A stretch of DNA of 64,000 bases, from contig JABLXP010000001.1 of assembly GCA_013178045.1 (NCBI GenBank), positions 96,780 to 160,779 of the forward strand, given 5' to 3'. A program made the position numbers and the translations under genes. The DNA is from Bacillota bacterium (GTDB lineage: Bacteria > Bacillota > Ch66). Numbering within the stretch: position 1 is the first letter of the stretch; each line of letters begins with the position of its first letter. Positions 1 to 9,195 of this stretch are shown here, piece by piece. The notes under the pieces are model-generated. The model made no database searches. It saw only the letters and a program-made list of their open reading frames with translations, and was not told the origin of the DNA.

Positions 1-498
1 GTTCCGAGGATAAGCATCGTTCCTTTTCCGAAAGTTCCAGAAGCAGTAGGGGGAGCAGAGCGCTTGATGGTTGGGGTATACCTGCGGGTTCAAGGATCTG
101 CCCCGGGCAACATCCTGTTTTTGTTGCCTATTACCAATGCTTATTTACTGGTCGATATGTTGCTAGGTTTACCGCGGGGGACGACTACTGCGCTGGATGA
201 TATGGGTCAATCAGTATTGCAGGAGGTTGGCAATATCCTGGCTGGAGCTTATCTGAATGCTCTGTCGATGTTTACTTCCCTTAACATGGTTCCGTCTGTC
301 CCTGCTCTGGCGGTTGATATGGCTGGGGCTATCTTGAGCGCTGTTTTATTCCAATTAGGGGAAGTAGGTGATCACGCCCTGTTGGTCGAAACCCAATTCA
401 CAGAAAATGAAATCCAGGTCATTGGCCACTTTTTTCTCCTGCCAGAACCAGAAGCATTGGATACCATTATGTCTGGACTTGGGGTGAATATCCAATGA
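1..498 (+). CDS. cheC: Chemotaxis protein CheC (CheY-P phosphatase), 5'-truncated at the window edge. The reading frame is open from nt 1.
   Basis: The translation matches the CheC/FliY family and is followed by cheD. The frame has no stop between nt 1 and the listed ATG at 64. Confidence 0.75.
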   Translation, partial: VPRISIVPFPKVPEAVGGAERLMVGVYLRVQGSAPGNILFLLPITNAYLLVDMLLGLPRGTTTALDDMGQSVLQEVGNILAGAYLNALSMFTSLNMVPSVPALAVDMAGAILSAVLFQLGEVGDHALLVETQFTENEIQVIGHFFLLPEPEALDTIMSGLGVNIQ

Positions 499-980
499 GC
501 AGGGTGATCCAGGTAGGAATGGCTGACCTGCGTGTGGCTAAAGCCCCAGATAAATTGATGACCGCTGGCCTGGGTTCGTGTATTGGTATTTGCTTGTATG
601 ATCCAATCGCCAAAATTGGTGGTTTGGCGCACATCATGTTGCCGTCAAGCATCCAGGCCCGGAAGACTGACAACCGGGCAAAATTTGCAGATACAGCCAT
701 CTTGGATCTGATTACGGAAATGACAAAAATTGGGGCAAACCGTAACCGGTTGGTGGCCAAGATTGCCGGTGGGGCGCAGATGTTCACTTTCCCTGGGGTA
801 ACTGATGTGATGAAGATTGGCGACCGCAACGCAGAAGCGGTAGTAGAGACTTTGAAAAGAGAGCGCATTCCTCTGCTCGCTCAGGATACTGGTGGTAATT
901 ACGGTAGAACGATTCAATTCTGTACCAATAGTGGAAACTTATACGTCCGAACAATAGACCATGGGGAAAGGGTACTCTAA
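495..980 (+). CDS. cheD: Chemoreceptor glutamine deamidase CheD
   Basis: Carries the CheD signature GLGSCIGICLYDP and the usual cheC-cheD pairing. Its ATGA start overlaps the cheC stop. Confidence 0.85.
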   Translation: MSRVIQVGMADLRVAKAPDKLMTAGLGSCIGICLYDPIAKIGGLAHIMLPSSIQARKTDNRAKFADTAILDLITEMTKIGANRNRLVAKIAGGAQMFTFPGVTDVMKIGDRNAEAVVETLKRERIPLLAQDTGGNYGRTIQFCTNSGNLYVRTIDHGERVL

Positions 981-981
981 A

Positions 982-1764
982 ATGGTTAAACTCAAGAATG
1001 AAGATCTCTGGGAAAGCTACAAGGTAAGAAAAGATGAATCTGCTAAAGAAGCGCTGATCTTAGAGTATGCCCCGCTGGTAAAATATGTAGCTGGGCGTCT
1101 GGCCGTTGGTTTGACTGCCAAGGTTGAATTAGATGATTTGATTGGTTTCGGTATTTTCGGGTTGATTGATGCGATTGAAAAGTTTGACCATACTCGAGGA
1201 ATCAAATTTGAAACTTATGCCCTGGCCAGGATTCGCGGCTCGATTATCGATGGATTGAGGGCGATGGATTGGGTTCCCCAATCTGTTCGGCAAAAGGCAC
1301 GGGAAATAGAAAAAACCTATACCCGGTTAGAAAATGAATTGGGGCGTTCCGTTTCAGACCTTGAGGTCAGCCAGGCCCTGGGTATATCACTTGATGAATT
1401 TCACCAGTTGTTAGGGGAAGTAAGTTATACTTCTTTATTATATCTGGAAGATTTGTGGTTAGGTGAGGGAGCGGATAGCGACTCGGTTCGTGTAATTGAG
1501 ATGATTTCCGACCCCAATGTGGAAGATCCCACGCTGCGGTTAGAGTTTGAGGAGACCAAACAGCTACTTGCTGAGGCAATTGACAAGTTACCGGAAAAAG
1601 AGCGGATAGTTATTTCTTTATATTACTATGATGGTCTGACCCTTAAAGAAATCGGTGCCGTGCTTGGGCTATCCGAATCGCGGATTTCCCAACTGCATAC
1701 GAAAGCTATTCTCAGGCTCAGGGGTCGCTTAAGCCGTCAAAAGAAAAAGATATTTGGGATTTAG
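982..1764 (+). CDS. fliA: Flagellar sigma factor FliA/SigD (sigma-28, WhiG family)
   Basis: Has sigma-70 region 2 and region 4 motifs (LILEYAPLVKYVAGR, TLKEIGAVLGLSESRISQLH) and the cheD-sigD gene order. An alternative in-frame start lies at 961. Confidence 0.85.
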   Translation: MVKLKNEDLWESYKVRKDESAKEALILEYAPLVKYVAGRLAVGLTAKVELDDLIGFGIFGLIDAIEKFDHTRGIKFETYALARIRGSIIDGLRAMDWVPQSVRQKAREIEKTYTRLENELGRSVSDLEVSQALGISLDEFHQLLGEVSYTSLLYLEDLWLGEGADSDSVRVIEMISDPNVEDPTLRLEFEETKQLLAEAIDKLPEKERIVISLYYYDGLTLKEIGAVLGLSESRISQLHTKAILRLRGRLSRQKKKIFGI

Positions 1765-1779
1765 AGAAAAATCAGTTTT

Positions 1780-1807
1780 TAAACATAATTTTGTGATCCG
1801 TCGATAA
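1780..1807 (+). promoter_or_regulatory. Candidate sigma-D (sigma-28) promoter upstream of the FapA/DUF342 gene
   Basis: TAAA at 1780-1783, a 15-nt spacer, then gTCGATAa. This matches the sigma-D consensus TAAA-N15-GCCGATAT at 6 of 8 positions in the -10 element. Confidence 0.35.
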
Positions 1808-1862
1808 TATAAATATCAAGTTTAATGTTGCTGCTTATATCTGGACTGAGAGGTGAGGACCC

Positions 1863-3281
1863 GTGGTGTCCGAAAAGGATAATCCAGTCCCCGAAATGGA
1901 GATCCTGGTCAAGATCAGTGATGACAAGATGGAAGCAACCTTGTATATTAACCGGCGGCCAGGAACTTCCCCAGTTACAGAAAGCCAGATCTATCAAGCA
2001 TTGAAAGACAAGGGAGTGATCTTTAGTATTAATGAAGAAGCAGTCCGGGAGGCGGTCCGGCTTTCTGCTGAATCAAGTGAAGAGTTAATCAAAATCGTGG
2101 TGGCCAGAGGGAAAGAAGTTGAACACGGGCGGGATGCGCAAATAACTTACCATTTCCCTTTACCGGGTAAGGCTAAACCGATTGAGCGGGAAGATGGGAC
2201 AGTAGATTTCTATAACCTTAATCTAGTGCATAATGTTCGCGCTGGAGAGGTCTTGGCGACAAAAATCCCAGCGGTGCCAGGCGAACCTGGCATTACCGTA
2301 ACTGGTCAGATGATTCGTCCACTCCCGGGGAAAAACATTAATTTTCGACGGGGGAAAAATACTATCGTGGACAAGGATGGCTGCGCCGTGGTGGCGACGA
2401 CGGCGGGCCATGTGGTGCTAATCGATGGGATTGTCCACGTGTTTCCAGTCTATGAGGTAAACGGTGACGTAGACCTGAGTACGGGCAACATCAATTTTGT
2501 GGGGAACGTGATTGTGCGGGGCAATGTGAAAAGCGGCTTTATCGTTAAGGCTGAGGGAAACATTGAGGTCCACGGCACGGTGGAGGGTGGTAGTCTTTAT
2601 GCCGAGGGTAATATCGAAGTAAAAAAAGGCATTATGGGACAAGGCAGAGGAATAGTCTGGGCCAAAGGTAGTGTTTTTGCTCGGTTTGTAGAAAATGGAG
2701 AGATTCAGGCCGGTGAGAATGTCGTGATCGCTGATGCAATTATGAACAGCAATGTCAGTGCGGGCAAATGCATCATTGTTGAGGGACGGCGTGGGGTAAT
2801 CGTGGGAGGAGTATGCCGGGCGGCGGAAGAAATTAAGGCCAAAGTTATTGGGTCCTTACTGGCTCCCCCCACCCAGGTTGAGGTGGGAGTTAAGCCTGAA
2901 ATCAGACAGGCATACAAACAAACTACCAGTGATCTTATCGCAAGAGAGAAAAATCTGGAGAAAGTGCAGCAGGTGCTGGGTGTTCTTAGTTATGTAGAAA
3001 AAACTCGGGGTGAACTGCCCCCGGAAAAGCAGGAACTCCTGGCCCGGTTACGGATGACGGAATCGCAATTGCTCCGGGATATCAAAGAACTGCGGCAGAA
3101 AAAACAGGCCCTGGAAGAGGAACTGGCTGAATTGCGTCGCTGTAAGGTGCGGGTATCAGGTACGATTTATCCCGGGGTTACTGTTGTAATTGGGCAACTG
3201 ACTATGCACGTCAATGATCCGCTGCAGTATGTGACGCTTACGGAAGACATGGGAGATATCAAGATTTATCCCTACTTTTAA
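1863..3281 (+). CDS. fapA: FapA-family (DUF342) flagellar assembly protein with a beta-helix repeat region
   Basis: GTG start with an AGGTGAGG RBS. Internal repeats such as GNINFVGNVIVRGNVKSGFIVKAEGNIEVHG are typical of DUF342, and the gene sits beside fliA. Confidence 0.65.
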   Translation: MVSEKDNPVPEMEILVKISDDKMEATLYINRRPGTSPVTESQIYQALKDKGVIFSINEEAVREAVRLSAESSEELIKIVVARGKEVEHGRDAQITYHFPLPGKAKPIEREDGTVDFYNLNLVHNVRAGEVLATKIPAVPGEPGITVTGQMIRPLPGKNINFRRGKNTIVDKDGCAVVATTAGHVVLIDGIVHVFPVYEVNGDVDLSTGNINFVGNVIVRGNVKSGFIVKAEGNIEVHGTVEGGSLYAEGNIEVKKGIMGQGRGIVWAKGSVFARFVENGEIQAGENVVIADAIMNSNVSAGKCIIVEGRRGVIVGGVCRAAEEIKAKVIGSLLAPPTQVEVGVKPEIRQAYKQTTSDLIAREKNLEKVQQVLGVLSYVEKTRGELPPEKQELLARLRMTESQLLRDIKELRQKKQALEEELAELRRCKVRVSGTIYPGVTVVIGQLTMHVNDPLQYVTLTEDMGDIKIYPYF

Positions 3282-3300
3282 AGGGAAAGGGTGAACCAGG

Positions 3301-3618
3301 ATGTCAATTCGTTCCCTTGACCTGCAGGTACTCTTGCCCCATACTCAGGAGGTGAGCCGGACTCAGCGAATTCAGCAACAAGGTCCGGAGCAGCAGCAAC
3401 AAGAATTTGCCGCGCAACTTGAGCAGCAGGTCGAACGCCAGCAGGGAGCAGTTCGGTCAACACCGAAAGGGGAACAGGCCCTGATCCATGAACGCGAAAC
3501 CTCTACCGGCCGGGGGGCAGCCCGGCAGCAGAGAAAATCGTCGAAGAAAAAAGAAGATGATTTGTTGGAAAGCCTAACTGAACCATCATTGGGCCAGGTT
3601 ATCGACATCAAAGTCTGA
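3301..3618 (+). CDS. Hypothetical Q-rich, low-complexity protein (105 aa) at the end of the fla/che locus
   Basis: ORF with a GGGTGAACCAGG-ATG context. No family recognised. Confidence 0.4.
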   Translation: MSIRSLDLQVLLPHTQEVSRTQRIQQQGPEQQQQEFAAQLEQQVERQQGAVRSTPKGEQALIHERETSTGRGAARQQRKSSKKKEDDLLESLTEPSLGQVIDIKV

Positions 3619-3643
3619 TACATTAAAAGGAGTTGGTGAGCAA

Positions 3644-4234
3644 TTGAATTATGCAATGCTGGTTTTAGGGTTGATAATGTTAGGTGGGGTGCTGGTCTTC
3701 AGGAACCAGACTGGTCGTCACGCGACTTTAGCTGCCGAAAAGAGAGAACTCAATGATTTATTGGATGAGGCCCGACTGGTTAAATCAGAACTGGAAGAAT
3801 TGTTGCGCGAAACAGTTAAAGTATCCGAGCAGTTAGTGCACCAGGTTGAAACCAGGTTGATTACTCCTCTTGTAAATGATAATCAAATTGGCCAAACCAA
3901 AGACGAACGTGAGGATGCGCCGGAGTTGAAGCGGCATGAAGCCATGTTTAGGGAAATCAAGTCTAATGTAAAAACTACCAGGAAATCAACAAAACAGTCC
4001 CGCCCCAATCCCAATAAAGTGTTAAGAGACTCTTCGAATATTATCAGCCTAGCAGAAAGTATGTCGGCGGAGAACAGGTTGCTGGATCGCTATGGACAAA
4101 TATATCATTTGGCAGAACAGGGGTGGAGCATCAGAGAGATCGCGCAGGCCCTTAATCTGGGCCAGGGTGAAGTGGAACTGGTCCTTGAACTCAAGAAGAA
4201 ACAAACTATGTATAATCAGCCAAGTAACTGGTAA
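3644..4234 (+). CDS. Hypothetical membrane-anchored protein with a coiled coil and a C-terminal sigma region-4-like HTH (possible SwrB-like position)
   Basis: N-terminal TM helix LVLGLIMLGGVLVF. The C-terminus GWSIREIAQALNLGQGEVELVLELKKK resembles a sigma-70 region 4.2 HTH. Confidence 0.45.
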   Translation: MNYAMLVLGLIMLGGVLVFRNQTGRHATLAAEKRELNDLLDEARLVKSELEELLRETVKVSEQLVHQVETRLITPLVNDNQIGQTKDEREDAPELKRHEAMFREIKSNVKTTRKSTKQSRPNPNKVLRDSSNIISLAESMSAENRLLDRYGQIYHLAEQGWSIREIAQALNLGQGEVELVLELKKKQTMYNQPSNW

Positions 4235-4270
4235 TAATTACATTAAATTTATCAAAACTCTGATCAGGCA

Positions 4271-4300
4271 TTGTCAAGAACGCATCTGGTGTGTTATACT
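4271..4300 (+). promoter_or_regulatory. Sigma-A-type promoter for rpsB-tsf
   Basis: TTGTCA (4271-4276), an 18-nt spacer, then TGtTATACT as an extended -10 (4295-4300). Confidence 0.5.
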
Positions 4301-4413
4301 AAAAAATGGTGTAAAAAATACACACGTCTCTCGAGCTCGGTAAGGGTGCCACCTGTGGTGGTCTTGCCGAAAGATGACAGAGACGGAGGAAAAACCAGAG
4401 AGGAGGTGTTTTC

Positions 4414-5121
4414 GTGGCCGTTATTTCAATGAAACAACTGCTAGAAGCCGGTGTGCACTTTGGGCATCAAACCCGCCGGTGGAATCCCAAGATGGCACCC
4501 TACATTTTCACGGAGCGGAATGGTATTTATATCATTGACTTGCAAAAGACCGTGAAAAAGGTCGAAGAGGCTTATAATTTTATTCGGGACGTGGTGGCCC
4601 AGGGTAAGTCTGTTCTCTTTGTAGGGACCAAAAAACAAGCCCAGGAATCGGTTAAAGAAGAAGCCCAGCGGTGTGAAATGTTCTACGTTAATGAGCGGTG
4701 GTTAGGTGGACTCCTGACTAACTTTCCCACCATTCAAAAGCGTATTCAGCGGTTACGTGAACTGGAGCGGATGGAGCAAGATGGCTCCTTGACCGTCCTT
4801 CCTAAAAAGGAAGTCGCCAAGTTGATGGGGGAAAAGGAGAAGCTTGAGCGTTTCCTTGGCGGGATCAAAGACATGCACCAGTTACCGGGGGCTTTATTTG
4901 TTATTGATCCCCGGAAAGAACGAATTGCGGTGGCTGAGGCACGTCGACTAGGGATACCCCTTGTGGCGATTGTTGATACTAACTGTGATCCCGACGAGAT
5001 TGACTATGTGATTCCGGGTAATGATGATGCGATCAGGGCCGTAAAGCTCCTGACTTCCAAGATGGCAGATGCTGTTTTAGAGGCCAAGCAGGGGCAACAA
5101 ATGACGGAAGCGGCGGAATAA
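4414..5121 (+). CDS. rpsB: 30S ribosomal protein S2
   Basis: N-terminus [27 protein letters not shown] is the S2 signature. Confidence 0.95.
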   Translation: MAVISMKQLLEAGVHFGHQTRRWNPKMAPYIFTERNGIYIIDLQKTVKKVEEAYNFIRDVVAQGKSVLFVGTKKQAQESVKEEAQRCEMFYVNERWLGGLLTNFPTIQKRIQRLRELERMEQDGSLTVLPKKEVAKLMGEKEKLERFLGGIKDMHQLPGALFVIDPRKERIAVAEARRLGIPLVAIVDTNCDPDEIDYVIPGNDDAIRAVKLLTSKMADAVLEAKQGQQMTEAAE

Positions 5122-5198
5122 CAAAGGGGTAGGGGTGACGGAGAAGGGCGAAAAACCCTATCTCTCATCCCTATTTTGTTTATGTAAAGAGGAGGTAG

Positions 5199-5858
5199 AT
5201 GTTCATGGAAGTTACGGCGGCAATGGTTAAGGAACTACGCGAACGAACCGGTGCAGGGATGATGGATTGCAAGAAAGCACTGGCTGAAACCAATGGCGAT
5301 ATTGACAAGGCTATAGAAATTTTACGGGAAAAAGGATTGGCCGCGGCGGCCAAGAAGGCAGGACGAATTGCTGCTGAGGGACGAGTCGAGGCTTACATCC
5401 ACGGGCCTGGCCGAATTGGCGTTTTGGTTGAAGTCAACTGCGAAACAGATTTTGTGGCCAAAACAGATGAGTATCGAGAGTTTTGTAAGGACATCGCCAT
5501 GCAGATCGCAGCGGCCAAGCCGGAGTACGTGAGCCGCGAAGAGGTGCCAGCTGCAGTTATTGATAAGGAAAAGGCGATCCTGCGGGCCCAGGCTTTAAAT
5601 GAAGGCAAACCTGAAAAGATCGTCGAAAAAATGGTTGAGGGTCGAATCGAGAAGTTTTTCAAAGATGTCTGTCTGCTGGAGCAGCCGTTTATTAAAAATC
5701 CTGATATAACTGTTCAACAAGTGTTGATGGAAAAGATCTCCAAGCTGGGAGAAAACATTGCCATTCGCCGTTTTGTTCGCTATGAAATGGGTGAAGGGAT
5801 CGCCAAGCGCGAAGATAATTTTGTCGCTGAAGTCATGGCCCAGGTGCAGAAGGGTTAA
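5199..5858 (+). CDS. tsf: Elongation factor Ts
   Basis: [19 protein letters not shown] is the EF-Ts signature. The start may be 5199 or 5205. Confidence 0.95.
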   Translation: MFMEVTAAMVKELRERTGAGMMDCKKALAETNGDIDKAIEILREKGLAAAAKKAGRIAAEGRVEAYIHGPGRIGVLVEVNCETDFVAKTDEYREFCKDIAMQIAAAKPEYVSREEVPAAVIDKEKAILRAQALNEGKPEKIVEKMVEGRIEKFFKDVCLLEQPFIKNPDITVQQVLMEKISKLGENIAIRRFVRYEMGEGIAKREDNFVAEVMAQVQKG

Positions 5859-5921
5859 CAAGTTATGGTTGAGGAAAAAGGAATTTGTCAATTATTGTAG
5901 AAGAATATTTCGGAAAAGAGC

Positions 5922-6656
5922 TTGGAGGTAATTCAGTTCGTGACCGGACCAAAATTCCAGCGAGTGGTGCTGAAGCTGAGTGGAGAAGCTTTAGCAGGAA
6001 ACAAAGGATATGGAATTGACCAGGACACAGTGAACACTATTGCCCAACAGATCCGTGAAGTCAAGGACCGGGGAGTAGAAGTGGCGATCGTTGTCGGGGG
6101 AGGTAACATCTGGCGTGGGGTAGCTGGGAGCGCCAAAGGGATGGACCGGGCAACGGCTGACTACATGGGGATGCTGGCGACGGTAATTAATTCGCTGGCT
6201 TTGCAGGATGCGCTGGAAAAAGTCGGTGTCGATACTCGCGTCATGTCGGCGATTGATATGCGCGAAGTCGCTGAACCGTACATCCGCCGGCGGGCGATAC
6301 GCCACCTGGAAAAGGGGCGTGTGGTCATTTTTGCAGCAGGCACGGGTAACCCTTATTTTTCAACCGATACGACGGCGGCTTTACGGGCAGCGGAAATTGA
6401 GGCCCAGGTTATCCTGATGGCAAAAAAAGTTGATGGGGTCTATGATTCCGATCCTCTGATTAACCCGGATGCCAAGATGTATAAAGATTTGGAGTACATA
6501 GAGGTTTTAAATAAGGGTCTGGGGGTTATGGATTCTACCGCGACCTCATTGTGCATGGATAACAAGATACCGATCATTGTGTTTAACCTTAACCAAGAGG
6601 GCAACATTATGAAGGTGATCATGGGAGAGGAAATTGGAACCTATGTGGGGAGGTAG
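5922..6656 (+). CDS. pyrH: Uridylate kinase
   Basis: Carries VLKLSGEAL and the PyrH GGGNIWRG motif. Confidence 0.95.
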   Translation: MEVIQFVTGPKFQRVVLKLSGEALAGNKGYGIDQDTVNTIAQQIREVKDRGVEVAIVVGGGNIWRGVAGSAKGMDRATADYMGMLATVINSLALQDALEKVGVDTRVMSAIDMREVAEPYIRRRAIRHLEKGRVVIFAAGTGNPYFSTDTTAALRAAEIEAQVILMAKKVDGVYDSDPLINPDAKMYKDLEYIEVLNKGLGVMDSTATSLCMDNKIPIIVFNLNQEGNIMKVIMGEEIGTYVGR

Positions 6657-6658
6657 AG

Positions 6659-7219
6659 ATGATGTTGGACCAACTGGTTAATGATGCTGAACAGCGTATG
6701 CAGAAGGCCATTGAAGCCCTCAAGAAAGAATACGCTACTTTAAGGGCTGGTCGGGCTACTCCTGCCCTTTTGGATAGAGTCCTGGTTGATTATTACGGGA
6801 CGCTTACCCCGATCAATCAATTAGCCAATATTGGCGTGCCCGAACCGCGCATGCTCGTCATTCAGCCCTGGGATAAAAGCACAATCCCCGCGATTGAAAA
6901 GGCGATCCTGAAGTCAGATCTGGGGGTTACCCCAACCAGTGACGGGGTCGTGGTCCGGATCGTTATCCCCCAATTGACCGAGGAGCGACGCAAAGAATTG
7001 GCCAAAGTCGTGAAGAAAAAAGCTGAGGAATCAAAGGTGGCTGTACGCAACATCAGACGCGAAGTTAATGACAAGATGAAGAGCATAGAAAAGAAGGGAG
7101 AAATCTCCGAGGATGAAGCAAAACGTGGTCAGGACTCCGTTCAGAAACTAACTGATAATTATATTAAAATGATCGATAAGGTTATGGAAGCGAAAGAAAA
7201 AGAGATTATGGAAGTATGA
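6659..7219 (+). CDS. frr: Ribosome recycling factor
   Basis: Standard RRF sequence and the conserved pyrH-frr order. Confidence 0.95.
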   Translation: MMLDQLVNDAEQRMQKAIEALKKEYATLRAGRATPALLDRVLVDYYGTLTPINQLANIGVPEPRMLVIQPWDKSTIPAIEKAILKSDLGVTPTSDGVVVRIVIPQLTEERRKELAKVVKKKAEESKVAVRNIRREVNDKMKSIEKKGEISEDEAKRGQDSVQKLTDNYIKMIDKVMEAKEKEIMEV

Positions 7220-7455
7220 TGGGTGAGAGGAAACCGCCAAATTTGGTGGCCTGGGAGGCCGAGGTTGCTGTCCAACGGTTGGAAGCAGAAGGTTGGACAG
7301 TACGTGTGGTAGTCACTAAACCACCGCAGGGTAGAGCTGGTGCTCTCAGGCGGGTGGTTCGTCAGAAAGTGATTGGTGAACGGTTGGTAGAACTTGTTGT
7401 GGCGGGTATGGTACCGGAGGGAAACGCTGATATAATGAGCGAGCTTAAGGAGTAG
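7216..7455 (+). CDS. Hypothetical small protein (79 aa), translationally coupled to frr
   Basis: Its ATGA start overlaps the frr stop and it is followed by a clean terminator. No family recognised. Confidence 0.35.
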   Translation: MMGERKPPNLVAWEAEVAVQRLEAEGWTVRVVVTKPPQGRAGALRRVVRQKVIGERLVELVVAGMVPEGNADIMSELKE

Positions 7456-7461
7456 AGCATG

Positions 7462-7500
7462 AACCCCCTTGGTGAGGGGGCTTTGTTCATTTGCTTTTGT
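7462..7500 (+). terminator. Rho-independent terminator
   Basis: CCCCCT/AGGGGG stem with a 5-nt loop, followed by CTTTGTTCATTTGCTTTTGTT. Confidence 0.6.
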
Positions 7501-7549
7501 TCAAAGTAATTTCAGGTCTTCTTGTGAAAAAAAGATTCATGTCTATTAG

Positions 7550-8353
7550 TTGGGAGGTGGAAGCATGGCGGCAAGGCTGGGTGGATGGTGGCGGCGCGGG
7601 GAGAAAAGTGAGCCAGATGAACAGCAGTTATTAGCTAGAATAAAGCCGGAACGCTTACCCCGACACATCGCAATTATTATGGATGGTAACGGGAGATGGG
7701 CGAGAGCACGTGGGCTCCCCCGGCTGGCCGGGCACCGTGTGGGGGTAGAATCGCTGAAGGAAATTGTGCGGACTTGTGGTGAGTTGGGGATTGCCGTTCT
7801 AACGGTTTATGCTTTCTCGACCGAGAATTGGAAACGGCCAAGCGAAGAGGTCAATGGACTTATGGACCTCCTGGTTGAGTATGTCCAGAAGGAGTTGGCG
7901 GAATTACATCAGCAGGGAGTAAAGGTTAGAACCATCGGTGATATTTCCAGATTACCCGTATCGGCTCAGGCCGAGTTAAACCGAGCAAAAGAACAGACGA
8001 AGAACAATCAGGGATTAGTGTTGAATATCGCTCTCAATTACGGCGGTCGGTTGGAAATTCTTGACGCTGTTCACCAGATTGCGTACCGGGTGAAAATGGG
8101 TGAATTAGCGATCGATGACATCGACGAGGCCTTTTTTGCTAGCCAACTGGATACGGCCGGATTGCCTGATCCAGACTTGTTGATTCGTACTTCTGGTGAA
8201 ATGCGCGTCAGTAATTTCATGTTGTGGCAGATCGCTTACACGGAAATATGGGTTAGTCCAGTGATGTGGCCTGATTTTCGAAAGCATCATTTACTTCAAG
8301 CTATTATCGATTATCAGGAGAGAGACCGCCGATATGGCGGGATTAACGCTTGA
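7550..8353 (+). CDS. uppS: Undecaprenyl diphosphate synthase
   Basis: IAIIMDGNGRWA ... FSTENWKRP are cis-prenyltransferase motifs. Confidence 0.9.
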   Translation: MGGGSMAARLGGWWRRGEKSEPDEQQLLARIKPERLPRHIAIIMDGNGRWARARGLPRLAGHRVGVESLKEIVRTCGELGIAVLTVYAFSTENWKRPSEEVNGLMDLLVEYVQKELAELHQQGVKVRTIGDISRLPVSAQAELNRAKEQTKNNQGLVLNIALNYGGRLEILDAVHQIAYRVKMGELAIDDIDEAFFASQLDTAGLPDPDLLIRTSGEMRVSNFMLWQIAYTEIWVSPVMWPDFRKHHLLQAIIDYQERDRRYGGINA

Positions 8354-8359
8354 GAAGCG

Positions 8360-9184
8360 GTGGTGATTGTTATGCTACGGTGGCGGATCTTAAGCGCCCT
8401 GCTGGGCATCCCAGTATTACTTGCTGTGGCTTATTTAGGCGGTTTATATCTTGCGACAGTGGTTGGGGTGCTTATCATTATTGGGACCGGGGAGTTTATC
8501 CGGCTGGCCCGCGCTATTCGACTTCAGCCGCACCGACTGATGACCAGTCTGGGAGGATTATCGTTTTTGGTCGGGGCATATCTTAGTAGCAGAGGATTAA
8601 TTAGGGCGGACTGGTTGGCGCCGGTTTTGTTAGCGGTGGTGGGGGTAAACCTGGGTCTCTTAGTCATTACCTATCCACGCTATACGTTAAGCGACTCGGC
8701 TGTAGGCGTCTTCGGTAGTGTATATGTTGGCTGGCTGCTAAGTCACTTATTCCTGTTGCGCGACCTGGCCCCCCAGGGATTTGATTATTTGCTGCTGACC
8801 TTGATTTTAACCTGGTCAACAGATACGGGCGCTTATTTCACCGGGCGGGCAATCGGACGCAGAAAGCTGGCCCCGCAGGTTAGCCCCAATAAGACCCTGG
8901 AAGGAGCCTTGGGAGGAGTGGCTGGCAGCTTGTTGGCGGCCATGTTACTGTATTATTATTATAAACCTGTTTTTCCATTGGAGTTGTGCTTAGGGCTGGG
9001 GATATTAGTAAGCATTTTGGGGCAGTTTGGCGACCTGGTGGAATCTGCCCTAAAACGGTTGAGTGGAATCAAGGATTCGGGGCATCTGATTCCTGGACAT
9101 GGCGGTGTTCTCGACCGTTTCGATAGCCTGCTTCTGACCGGCCCCGCCGTATATTACTATTTGAAGTGGTTTGTAATAGGGTGA
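8360..9184 (+). CDS. cdsA: Phosphatidate cytidylyltransferase
   Basis: Polytopic membrane protein with the CdsA C-terminal motif GHGGVLDRFDS. The start may be the ATG at 8372. Confidence 0.9.
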   Translation: MVIVMLRWRILSALLGIPVLLAVAYLGGLYLATVVGVLIIIGTGEFIRLARAIRLQPHRLMTSLGGLSFLVGAYLSSRGLIRADWLAPVLLAVVGVNLGLLVITYPRYTLSDSAVGVFGSVYVGWLLSHLFLLRDLAPQGFDYLLLTLILTWSTDTGAYFTGRAIGRRKLAPQVSPNKTLEGALGGVAGSLLAAMLLYYYYKPVFPLELCLGLGILVSILGQFGDLVESALKRLSGIKDSGHLIPGHGGVLDRFDSLLLTGPAVYYYLKWFVIG

Positions 9185-9195
9185 GGCGATTGGAA

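Noticed and set aside
4092-4343. 83-aa + strand ORF overlapping the end of the 196-aa gene and the rpsB promoter
   Set aside because: It is an alternative frame of a supported ORF and runs through the promoter region. It is spurious.
5122-5198. Possible terminator between rpsB and tsf
   Set aside because: It has only short GGG/CCC complementarity with a 20-nt loop and no convincing stem. rpsB-tsf are probably co-transcribed.
8350-8586. 78-aa + strand ORF in an alternative frame
   Set aside because: It overlaps the cdsA N-terminal TM region in another frame, and the cdsA frame carries the conserved motifs.
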